A stretch of DNA of 32,000 nt from Candidatus Nanopusillus sp. (GTDB taxonomy: Archaea > Nanobdellota > Nanobdellia > Nanobdellales > Nanobdellaceae): NCBI GenBank assembly GCA_046533775.1, contig JAWDOO010000002.1:30001-62000 (forward strand), written 5' to 3'. Shown in pieces: positions 15,462 to 23,797 of the stretch. Below the pieces are notes generated by a model, which made no database searches, was not told the DNA's origin, and saw only the letters and a program-made list of their open reading frames with translations. The translations under genes and the position numbers were made by a program. Each line of letters opens with the position of its first letter. The first letter of the stretch is position 1.

Positions 15462-16889
15462 TTATATAAGAATCATACTTACCATTTTTATATCTTCTAT
15501 TACCTTAATTATTTTATTTTTTAGTTCTTGATAATCTTTAAACGATAACTCATCATTCAAATAGCCTCTTTCTTTCAATTCTCTTAATCCACTTATATTC
15601 CTATATATAGTAATTAAATTTCCAAATATTAATGCTTCTAAAGTTGCAAGACCATAAGATTCTAAATATGTTGGATTTATATATATAGTATTCTTTAATT
15701 CGCCTAGAGATTTTAACAATCCTATATAATATAAGGGGTCTTCATGTAAAGAATTACCAAAGCCCTTTCCATATAAATGTACTTCTACACCCTTATATTT
15801 ATCTGCTAATTCTAATATTTTCTTATAAAATTCAGAATCTTCATCAATATTATCTGAAATTATTATTAATCCTACTTTCTTTCCCTCTTTAATTAAATCT
15901 TCGTATAATTTTAATAATTCATTTGAACCTCTTTCTGGAGATATCCTACCACTATACAATAACCATACTTTATCTGTATCTTTATATATTTCTTTATAGC
16001 TTTCTTTGTAAATATTTACTTCTTCAAAATATGCTCTTTCTAATGTTACCATATACATAGGTTCATGCATTACAACAGGATTTCTTATAAATAAATTCAA
16101 TCCAAAATTATTTAATGATTTTAATAAATTATTTGTCTGTTCATATAAAATATATGTTGGAAATATTGTATATCCTTCTTTTAATTTTGACATTAAATTA
16201 ATATATTTTCTTAATTCATCCTCTAAAAATCCTTTTTTAACATTAAATATAATAGAATCTATATCATTTCCATATAATAAATCATTCAAAATTCCAATTA
16301 CTTCTTTTGCTACATATTCGTCTGTATATCCTTTTTCCAATCTTCTTTTAAATAAATCTTCTATCTTTTTTCTTGTTTCTATACTAACATACTTTGATGC
16401 ATATGGATTTAATACTATAGCTTCATATATATCAGTTAATAGATCTCCAGCAAACTCACTATGAGTAGATATTACAAAATTATCTCTATTAAGAATTTTA
16501 TCTAAATTATGTTTTTCTCCTAGAGAATTAAATAAGAATGAACCTAAATTTCCAAATATTTTAAAATCTATATCATCTCTACTTAATTCATCTACCAATC
16601 TATCTAGAGATATCTTATTAGATGGTTTTTTATAAATATTATTTGTTAAATACTTTATTATTTCTTTTATATTTCCTTCAAGATATTTTTCATATAATTG
16701 CTCAAAATCTCCTTTATAAAATTTTGAAAAATCTCCTTCTTGGGCAATAAAATACAATTCTACTTCTACTTTTCCGTATTTTTCTTCTATTAATTTTTTT
16801 AATGCTAAAGTACTTAATAATAAACCTATTGAATGAGTGGAAACCCCACCATTCCAACGTCTATCTAATAACAAAACTAATTTTGTCAT
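15462..16889 (-). CDS. GT4-family (GT-B) glycosyltransferase; 3' end apparently frameshifted (continuation to 15310)
   Basis: N-terminal GGVSTHSIGL and C-terminal INPTYLESYGLATLEALIFG (E-x7-E region). The typical GT4 C-terminal helix (DPEKIAEKYAEIIYRYL) is encoded in another frame downstream. Confidence 0.75.
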   Translation of the reverse strand: MTKLVLLLDRRWNGGVSTHSIGLLLSTLALKKLIEEKYGKVEVELYFIAQEGDFSKFYKGDFEQLYEKYLEGNIKEIIKYLTNNIYKKPSNKISLDRLVDELSRDDIDFKIFGNLGSFLFNSLGEKHNLDKILNRDNFVISTHSEFAGDLLTDIYEAIVLNPYASKYVSIETRKKIEDLFKRRLEKGYTDEYVAKEVIGILNDLLYGNDIDSIIFNVKKGFLEDELRKYINLMSKLKEGYTIFPTYILYEQTNNLLKSLNNFGLNLFIRNPVVMHEPMYMVTLERAYFEEVNIYKESYKEIYKDTDKVWLLYSGRISPERGSNELLKLYEDLIKEGKKVGLIIISDNIDEDSEFYKKILELADKYKGVEVHLYGKGFGNSLHEDPLYYIGLLKSLGELKNTIYINPTYLESYGLATLEALIFGNLITIYRNISGLRELKERGYLNDELSFKDYQELKNKIIKVIEDIKMVSMILI

Positions 16890-16905
16890 TTTCAGTTAAA
16901 AACTA

Positions 16906-17859
16906 TTATGGGGATTTTATAACCTTTGGTTGCGGCGTATTTAAATTATTCTTTTGTAATGGCGAGCTAAGACCCGATACTTTAGGTTGTAAGGGTTGAT
17001 TTTGAATTTGTTGAGGAACTACTGGTTGATTCTGCTGTTGTTTTAATCCTTGTCCTATGTAACTGCCAATTTTTCTGTACATTTCATCAAATGTATTATT
17101 ATAAAATCCTATTTGACCTAATTTACCTAATATTAATGCTACTGCTTCTGGAATTTGTACTTTTGAATATATTGAATATATTGAACTTTCTATAGTAGAT
17201 AAGAAAGTATCATTCAATGTAGACATTAATCTAGTTGAAGATTTTAATAATGATATATTTGGAGTCTTAGATAGTATATATGATCCTGTTGAATTTATTA
17301 CCCCACTATATGAACCATATAATGCTGAAGCAAATTCATCTAAATTTGCCATAATTTCTTGTTCTGATACATTCTTTCCTATTGACTGATAATATTGAGC
17401 CCCCAACTTTGGCAATAATTCTGCGATTATACTTACGATATTTTGTGCATTCTCTCTTTCTTGTCTAGTAGCATATTCTCTTCTACCAGTAATTGGGTCT
17501 GGATTTCCTAATTTTTTAAGACCTCTTATATACAATGTCGATAATAAAGCCATGCTAGAGAATACTCTATCTGCATCGTTTGTACTGTTTCCAAATATAT
17601 TTTGTTTATATATGTTTACCAAATCTGAATATAATTGTGAAGGATTCATGTTATCTTTAGTAGAATTAATATTAAATCCTTCAATTGTATATTTTAATCC
17701 TTTATTTACTTTTGGATCTAATTGCATTTCTATTTGCTTCGCAGTAGCTAGTAAAGTATCATTAAGAGAACTTATTATTGCATTATATACTTGCTGACCT
17801 AAACTGGTATCTGTACTTAATTGAGCAAATACATTTTTAACAACATCGTCTAACGCCAT
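16906..17859 (-). CDS. hypothetical helical protein with Q/P-rich C-terminal tail (317 aa)
   Basis: Long ORF with a canonical TTTATAAA box at 17882-17889 (30 nt upstream). Composition (Q/S/T/G/A-rich, K-poor) differs clearly from its neighbours. Confidence 0.7.
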   Translation of the reverse strand: MALDDVVKNVFAQLSTDTSLGQQVYNAIISSLNDTLLATAKQIEMQLDPKVNKGLKYTIEGFNINSTKDNMNPSQLYSDLVNIYKQNIFGNSTNDADRVFSSMALLSTLYIRGLKKLGNPDPITGRREYATRQERENAQNIVSIIAELLPKLGAQYYQSIGKNVSEQEIMANLDEFASALYGSYSGVINSTGSYILSKTPNISLLKSSTRLMSTLNDTFLSTIESSIYSIYSKVQIPEAVALILGKLGQIGFYNNTFDEMYRKIGSYIGQGLKQQQNQPVVPQQIQNQPLQPKVSGLSSPLQKNNLNTPQPKVIKSP

Positions 17860-17881
17860 AGTATATATATGTACAAAAAAT

Positions 17882-17889
17882 TTTATAAA
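17882..17889 (-). promoter_or_regulatory. TATA box (TTTATAAA) for the 317-aa orphan gene
   Basis: 30 nt upstream of ATG 17859. Confidence 0.6.
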
Positions 17890-17941
17890 TCTTTCCCTAC
17901 CTATATTAACTTATATATAGCATTAAAAAAATTTATAAAAT

Positions 17942-18334
17942 TTACTTCTTTAACAGTGTACCAAGTGCCTTTACTATTTCATCCATAATTTGTTTCCCTT
18001 CACCAGGTTCTATTATAGCAGCAGCAGATGCTTGTGTATTTATACCACAAGATTGTCCCAATTTTTGTTTTGAAGAAACATATACATAGGTTACTCCCTT
18101 TTCTTCACATAATGCTGGTATATGCATTACTATTTCTGGAGGATCTACATCTAATGCAATTGCTACCAATTTTGCTTGTCCTCTATCTATTGCCTTTGTA
18201 GTTTCATTTACCCCCTTTCTAATTTTTCCACTTTGCTTTGCTCTTTCAAATAATTCATATACTTTTGCTTCATAATTTTGTATAAATGTATTCAATACAT
18301 CTTCAGGCCATTTTACATATGGAGCTGTCATCAT
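17942..18334 (-). CDS. rpl7ae: ribosomal protein L7Ae (K-turn binding protein)
   Basis: ETTKAIDRGQAKLVAIALDVDPPEIVMHIPALCEEKGVTYVYVSSKQKLG is a near-consensus L7Ae core. Confidence 0.93.
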   Translation of the reverse strand: MMTAPYVKWPEDVLNTFIQNYEAKVYELFERAKQSGKIRKGVNETTKAIDRGQAKLVAIALDVDPPEIVMHIPALCEEKGVTYVYVSSKQKLGQSCGINTQASAAAIIEPGEGKQIMDEIVKALGTLLKK

Positions 18335-18374
18335 GATATCATCATTTAGATAAAAAATATCTTAAAAAAATATT

Positions 18375-18611
18375 TTATAAATCTTTAAAAATCACTCTGT
18401 CCGAATCTTCAGATTCTCCAGCTACAGCAGGTTCAGCAACTACATAAGTAGGACCAACTTTAATAACTTTTACATTACCTTTCCAACCAATACTTACATT
18501 CTTTACAAAAGTAGCAACTCCTTTTATCCTAGCAAATCCATCTCCTCTTTGTGTCAAACTCTTTATCTCTACTTCATATACATCTCCAACTTTTATTCCC
18601 CTAACAGCCAT
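18375..18611 (-). CDS. small TRAM-domain protein
   Basis: GDVYEVEIKSLTQRGDGFARIKGVATFVKN ... VKVIKV fits stand-alone archaeal TRAM proteins. TTATATATAA box at 18631-18640. Confidence 0.8.
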   Translation of the reverse strand: MAVRGIKVGDVYEVEIKSLTQRGDGFARIKGVATFVKNVSIGWKGNVKVIKVGPTYVVAEPAVAGESEDSDRVIFKDL

Positions 18612-18642
18612 TAATTAATATTAAAATAACTTATATATAAGT

Positions 18643-20547
18643 TTATTCTTTTTGTATATTTTTTCCTTTTTCAATTATAATATTTGTCTCATCATATATA
18701 CTTTCAAGTACTTTTCTATAATCTTCTTTATTTTCAGAAATTTTATCCATAATTTCTTCTAAATCTCTTGTTCTTTTCTCAGAAACAAAATCTCCAAAAT
18801 TTTTTTCTAAAAAGTTATATACTTCTATTCCCAATTTTGTTGGAATTAGATTATTGCTTTTATTTATTACATAACCCCTCCCCATCACTTTCTTTAATAT
18901 TATAGCATATGTTGATGGTCTTCCTATATCTTTTTCCTTCATTAAATTAATAATATCTGCCTGGGAATATAATCTAACCTTTGGTACTTTTTTACCTATA
19001 GCTTCAACAATTTTTATTCCATTTTGTATTGGTTGTATTTTCATAACATTAATTCTAAATGGAAATATTAAATCCCATCCATGATCTATTACATCTTTTA
19101 CTCCACTTAATTCGATTTCTTTATCTATTTCTGGTATTTTTATCTTTTCTGTATATTTAATTACAGAAACTGGTTTCATTTGTGATTGAATAAACCTAGT
19201 AAATATTAAATCATAAATTATATAATGATATTTTGTCATATTAATATATATATCAATTTCTCCATTTTCTATAGAATTTCTTAACATATCTACATCTAAA
19301 GGTCTTGTAGGTCTAATTGCTTCATGCGCTCCTCCTTCTCCCCAAGATCTTGCTATAAAATAATTTTCTCCAAATTTTTGACTTATATAATCTTTTGCAA
19401 TCGATATACCAAATGGAGATATTCTTGTAGAATCTGTTCTATGATAAGTTATTAATGCAGATTCAAATAGTTCTTGTAATATTTGCATTATTCTATCTAC
19501 GCCAATTTTTAATATATTATTTGCATCCTGTAAAATTGTACTGGTAATATACGGAGGCAAAGGTTGAATTTCTTCCTTTTCCTCTTTATAATCAACTATA
19601 TTTATTTCTTTATCCTTTATATTCTTTATAATTTTATTTATTTCTCTTCTATTCTTTACTTCAGTATCAATATACAATTTTCTATCATTCTCTAATTTTA
19701 ATTCTAAAATATATGATTTAGACTTATTTCTTTCATCAAATCTATTAATTATCCAACCAAGAACTGGAGTTTGTACTCTTCCAGCAGATAACCAATTTTT
19801 ATTAAAATATTTTTGAACAATTTGAGATAAGCTAAATCCCAACCATCTATCCTCAATTCTTCTAACTACTTGAGATTTTACTAAATTTAGATCAATATCT
19901 CTTAAATTTTCCAAAGCATTTAATATTGCTGTTTTTGTAACCTCATGAAATTCTGCCCTCTTAATATTTCTATTAAATGGATATAATACTAAATATAAAG
20001 AATATGCAATCATTTCACCTTCTGTATCAGGATCTGTCCCAATTATAATTTGATCAACCTCCATAGCCAATTCTTGTAGAGCTTTTATTCTATTTATTGA
20101 ATCATCAACATTTGTAGAACCACAATATGGACATTTTCCATCTTTATATTCTGTAAATTGGTTTCCACAAGATAAACATTTTTTAATTGTATTATAATAT
20201 GGATAAAATACTCCATCCTTTCTTTCTATACCAAATAAACCAATATTATCTGTTGTTAATTCTAGAATATGACCTTTTGAGGCTGTAATTAGTAAATACA
20301 TATTTCCTAAAGAAACTTCATAAACCTTCAATCCACCAACATTTCTTATTGATGGTCTTCCAAAAAATGAAGAAATTGTTTTTACTTTATTTGGTGATTC
20401 TACGATAAATAAAACAACTTTTATTAATTCCTCTTGTTCCTTATATATTTTTCCTGCTTTTATATCCTTAATTAATTGTCTTTCTTTTTCTATTTCATTT
20501 TTTAATTCTTTTATATTTAATTCTGAAAATTCTTTAAAAATATACAT
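18643..20547 (-). CDS. rgy: reverse gyrase, topoisomerase IA half only (split reverse gyrase subunit)
   Basis: Toprim LFIVESPNKVKTISSFFGRPS ... ITASKGHILEL, Zn finger CLSCGN ... CPYCGS, DPDTEGE, and catalytic Tyr ITYHRTDSTRIS. The ORF starts about 45 aa before Toprim. No helicase-like domain lies upstream. Confidence 0.9.
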   Translation of the reverse strand: MYIFKEFSELNIKELKNEIEKERQLIKDIKAGKIYKEQEELIKVVLFIVESPNKVKTISSFFGRPSIRNVGGLKVYEVSLGNMYLLITASKGHILELTTDNIGLFGIERKDGVFYPYYNTIKKCLSCGNQFTEYKDGKCPYCGSTNVDDSINRIKALQELAMEVDQIIIGTDPDTEGEMIAYSLYLVLYPFNRNIKRAEFHEVTKTAILNALENLRDIDLNLVKSQVVRRIEDRWLGFSLSQIVQKYFNKNWLSAGRVQTPVLGWIINRFDERNKSKSYILELKLENDRKLYIDTEVKNRREINKIIKNIKDKEINIVDYKEEKEEIQPLPPYITSTILQDANNILKIGVDRIMQILQELFESALITYHRTDSTRISPFGISIAKDYISQKFGENYFIARSWGEGGAHEAIRPTRPLDVDMLRNSIENGEIDIYINMTKYHYIIYDLIFTRFIQSQMKPVSVIKYTEKIKIPEIDKEIELSGVKDVIDHGWDLIFPFRINVMKIQPIQNGIKIVEAIGKKVPKVRLYSQADIINLMKEKDIGRPSTYAIILKKVMGRGYVINKSNNLIPTKLGIEVYNFLEKNFGDFVSEKRTRDLEEIMDKISENKEDYRKVLESIYDETNIIIEKGKNIQKE

Positions 20548-20825
20548 TATAATTGAGCTAGAGATACTGAAATAACTTCAGAACTACTTACTCCTTCTAT
20601 ACTATTTATTTGATTTAATAGTTCTTCTTCCTTAAATTCCTGATCTGGATATAAAAATTTAACATTTAATGAATTTAATCCAAAAGCTATTGGTTGTATT
20701 TCATGAGATAAATATTGACCACCAAAATTTTTTATTATATCCTTTACTTTCTCATTTATTTTTTCTAAATCTACATCAACATCATTTGGAGATATCCTTA
20801 ATGTTATAACTACATATCTTCCCAT
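20547..20825 (-). CDS. ef1b: translation elongation factor aEF-1 beta
   Basis: MGRYVVITLRISPNDVDVDLEKI ... IQPIAFGLNSLNV ... IEGVSSSEV. Start placed at Met8 (MGRY) of the tracked ORF, 1 nt after the upstream stop. Its TAA overlaps the rgy ATG (TAATG). Confidence 0.9.
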   Translation of the reverse strand: MGRYVVITLRISPNDVDVDLEKINEKVKDIIKNFGGQYLSHEIQPIAFGLNSLNVKFLYPDQEFKEEELLNQINSIEGVSSSEVISVSLAQL

Positions 20826-20826
20826 T

Positions 20827-21012
20827 TTATGGTCCAGTATAACCACAAACTGGACATTTCCATTCCAAACCCCATTTTTTTTCTTTATTACTCCTTATTA
20901 TTATTCCTTGTCCACAGTTTGGGCATATAAATTTTACTACTGTATCACTTACTATTAAATTTTTCAATACATTTGTCTTTTCTAATTCAGTTATATCCAT
21001 AATAAAATTCAT
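20827..21012 (-). CDS. Zn-ribbon protein conserved upstream of aEF-1beta (COG2888-like)
   Basis: CPNCG ... x17 ... CPVCG ribbon. The position directly upstream of ef1b is a conserved archaeal arrangement. Confidence 0.75.
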   Translation of the reverse strand: MNFIMDITELEKTNVLKNLIVSDTVVKFICPNCGQGIIIRSNKEKKWGLEWKCPVCGYTGP

Positions 21013-21025
21013 AATTAAATCATTT

Positions 21026-21910
21026 TTAAATTTTTTCTAATATAATTAAAAGTAATCTTTTATTATAATTATATAAATAAAATGAATCAATATACATTAA
21101 AGAATACTTTTTAATATAATTTTTTATGTTATCCAATATTTTTTTATAATCATAATTATATAATAAAAGATATAATTTTCCATTATATTTTAACAATTTA
21201 TTTGAATGATAAAATATATATTTATCTTTTATATTTAATTCTGAATCTTTCTTTATCCTAAAGGTAAATATTTTATCAATTGATCCTTCTTTAAATTTTA
21301 AATCAAGCCATTCTATATCTAACCTTCTAAAAAATATTATATCATTTACTAAAGCATTTTCAGAATTTCTTTCTATTAATAATAATCTATTTTTATCTCT
21401 ATTAACACAATATATCTTAATATTAACTTTTTTCTTTATATTCATATATTTTTCAAAATAATCTATATATTCTGAAATTTCCTTCCTCCTCCAAAATATT
21501 GGTAATATATTCTTTATATATATACCCTGTTCTATAGAAAAAGAACCATCATCCATTATATTCAATATTTCTTCATTTTCCCCTATATTTGAATAATATA
21601 TAATTTTATTTACCAATGTTGATTTTAATTTTTCAATTTTTTTCAGTTGATATCCTCTTTCATATAGATTTTTTAATAAAAAATATTTGTATTTATCTTT
21701 TTTCTTATATAATATATTATCTATTGTTCTAGAATTAAATAATAAATTTAATCTTTCTTCAAAATCTAAATTTGTATAAATTAAAATTTTGTTTTTCCTT
21801 TCAATCATATTATAATCAATATTTCTATTTAATATTTTTTCTATTTCTTTAATTGTAATGTTTTCTAAACCCTTTTCAGTTATAAGTAAAGTATTATAAT
21901 TATTATTCAT
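21026..21910 (-). CDS. hypothetical protein (294 aa), K/I/N/Y-rich
   Basis: Long ORF on the same strand as the downstream operon. No confident motif. Confidence 0.5.
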   Translation of the reverse strand: MNNNYNTLLITEKGLENITIKEIEKILNRNIDYNMIERKNKILIYTNLDFEERLNLLFNSRTIDNILYKKKDKYKYFLLKNLYERGYQLKKIEKLKSTLVNKIIYYSNIGENEEILNIMDDGSFSIEQGIYIKNILPIFWRRKEISEYIDYFEKYMNIKKKVNIKIYCVNRDKNRLLLIERNSENALVNDIIFFRRLDIEWLDLKFKEGSIDKIFTFRIKKDSELNIKDKYIFYHSNKLLKYNGKLYLLLYNYDYKKILDNIKNYIKKYSLMYIDSFYLYNYNKRLLLIILEKI

Positions 21911-21925
21911 AAGAATATATTTTAG

Positions 21926-22285
21926 ATGGAAAATTACATAATTCCATCAACAAGTCAAATATTAATATTTTTAATATTATCATTTGCTTTAATAATATCT
22001 ACATATACGAGAAGATATATAGAAGACGATATTGAGAAATATTATAAAAAAATGGGAATTATTTCATTTATAATATTAATTTTTCTCATTTATTTCAATT
22101 ACTATATAATAATATTTATTTTTGTTTATCTATTAATTTATAGAAAAAATTATAAAATCTTTATTATTGCATTACAGACTTCTATAATAATATTTTTATC
22201 ATTATTAAATACTATAAATAGTTATTATGAGTTTTCATTACTTTTATTATTCATAATATTTTCTTCATTTTCATATAAAAAATAA
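21926..22285 (+). CDS. hypothetical integral membrane protein (119 aa)
   Basis: Three to four hydrophobic segments. Divergent from the 21910 start with only 15 nt between them. Confidence 0.5.
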   Translation: MENYIIPSTSQILIFLILSFALIISTYTRRYIEDDIEKYYKKMGIISFIILIFLIYFNYYIIIFIFVYLLIYRKNYKIFIIALQTSIIIFLSLLNTINSYYEFSLLLLFIIFSSFSYKK

Positions 22286-22290
22286 AATCT

Positions 22291-22298
22291 TTTATAAA
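22291..22298 (+). promoter_or_regulatory. TATA box (TTTATAAA) for nitroreductase gene
   Basis: 28 nt upstream of ATG 22319. Confidence 0.55.
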
Positions 22299-22318
22299 AC
22301 AAAAAATAAAGAAATATT

Positions 22319-22924
22319 ATGGAATTAAAAGATGCTATAAGAAATAGAAGAAGTATTAGAAAATATTTAGATGAGGATATATCATATGATGATATATTGG
22401 AAATATTATCTTTAGGAATATTGGCACCAATAGCTGGAAATATATCACATTATTATTTTATTATTGTAAAAGATCCTGAAAAAATAAGAAAAATTTCTGA
22501 ATTAGCAGGTCAAGATTTTATAAAAGATGCAAATACATTAATAATTATTATATCAGATGATAATAAATTAAAATCATTATATGGAGAAAAAGGGCAAATA
22601 TTTGCAATACAAGATACTGCAGCAATAGCAGAAAATATATTATTAGCAGCTACTGATAAAAATATTGGAACTTGCTGGATAGGATCTTTTGATGAAGAAG
22701 GTATAAAGAGTTTGTTAGAAATACCAAAAGATAAAAATATACATATTATAATTACAATGGGATATCCAAATGAAAAACCAAAAGAATCTATTAGACCAAA
22801 TTTATATGATATAATATTCTTTGAAAAGTGGGGAAATAAAGTATATAAACCACAATTTTATCCATTATTTAAAAATATAAAAAATATAACAGATTATTTT
22901 AAGAGTATATTTGAAAAAATATAA
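22319..22924 (+). CDS. nitroreductase-family FMN oxidoreductase
   Basis: N-terminal RNRRSIRKY motif, GTCWIG, and about 200 aa length. TTTATAAA box at 22291-22298. Confidence 0.8.
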   Translation: MELKDAIRNRRSIRKYLDEDISYDDILEILSLGILAPIAGNISHYYFIIVKDPEKIRKISELAGQDFIKDANTLIIIISDDNKLKSLYGEKGQIFAIQDTAAIAENILLAATDKNIGTCWIGSFDEEGIKSLLEIPKDKNIHIIITMGYPNEKPKESIRPNLYDIIFFEKWGNKVYKPQFYPLFKNIKNITDYFKSIFEKI

Positions 22925-22925
22925 T

Positions 22926-23762
22926 CTATATTATTAATTTCTTTTCAACTAAACTTTGTTGTGCTGGTTTTAATTTTGGTAATAATATTTCAATCATTTC
23001 ATCTATAAATTTTGCTAAAGATGGAGCATACAACCAAACAGCAACATCCATTGAAGATGGAACCTCTTTTTCATCAAACAACATCATTAATACCTCTTCA
23101 GAATCAATTGTAACAATTCTTCCTCTATAATCTCCAGCATCATATATTTCAACTACATTCATTAACTCTTGAACATATTTTGCATTTCCTTCATCTATTG
23201 GTGTTATAATTCTAACTGGTATTTGTCTTTCCTTTAATTCATAAAATATTGGCTTTAATGCAATTGCATCTCTAACAAATGTCAATTGAGTTGCAACAAT
23301 ATTTACATGTTTTTGAGCTTCTTTTAACATTGATTCTAAATGACTTATTATATTTTGTTGTCCTCTTATTGCTCCAGATTTTTCAGAAACGTCTATTGAT
23401 CCAGCACCAGATTTATGCAATGCATCTAATTCTTTAATTAAATCAGAAGTTTTTACTTTTTCCAATTCATTTATTCTTCTTGTCATTGATTCTTCATATC
23501 TTCTTTTTACTCTTTCAACAACTTCTGTTGGTGGAACAGCAAGATATTTTATTGGTTTGCCAAGTTTCATGATTACAAATCCTTTCTTTTCTAATGATTC
23601 TAAAACATCATATGCTCTTGACCTTGGTATATCTGCAATATCTGCCAATTCTCCAGCAGTTGCAACGCCCTTCATTAATAGAGCCAACCATATTCTAGCT
23701 TCATAAGTATTCAAATTAAAAGATGATTTTATCTTATCTACCAACTCCTCACTTATAACCAT
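22926..23762 (-). CDS. trmB: TrmB-family transcriptional regulator
   Basis: N-terminal wHTH YEARIWLALLMKGVATAGELADIADIPRSRAYDVLESLEKKGFV, followed by a coiled coil and a C-terminal domain. Confidence 0.85.
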   Translation of the reverse strand: MVISEELVDKIKSSFNLNTYEARIWLALLMKGVATAGELADIADIPRSRAYDVLESLEKKGFVIMKLGKPIKYLAVPPTEVVERVKRRYEESMTRRINELEKVKTSDLIKELDALHKSGAGSIDVSEKSGAIRGQQNIISHLESMLKEAQKHVNIVATQLTFVRDAIALKPIFYELKERQIPVRIITPIDEGNAKYVQELMNVVEIYDAGDYRGRIVTIDSEEVLMMLFDEKEVPSSMDVAVWLYAPSLAKFIDEMIEILLPKLKPAQQSLVEKKLII

Positions 23763-23797
23763 AAATTATCTATATAATAAAAAACTTAAAAAGAGAA

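Noticed and set aside
21026-21910. Possible degenerate THUMP-methyltransferase: N-terminal LLITEKGLENITIKEIEKIL, and ILNIMDDGSFSIEQG resembling SAM motif I.
   Set aside because: The resemblance rests on two short, low-complexity segments with the key Gly/Asp positions not conserved. This is too weak to call without a profile search.
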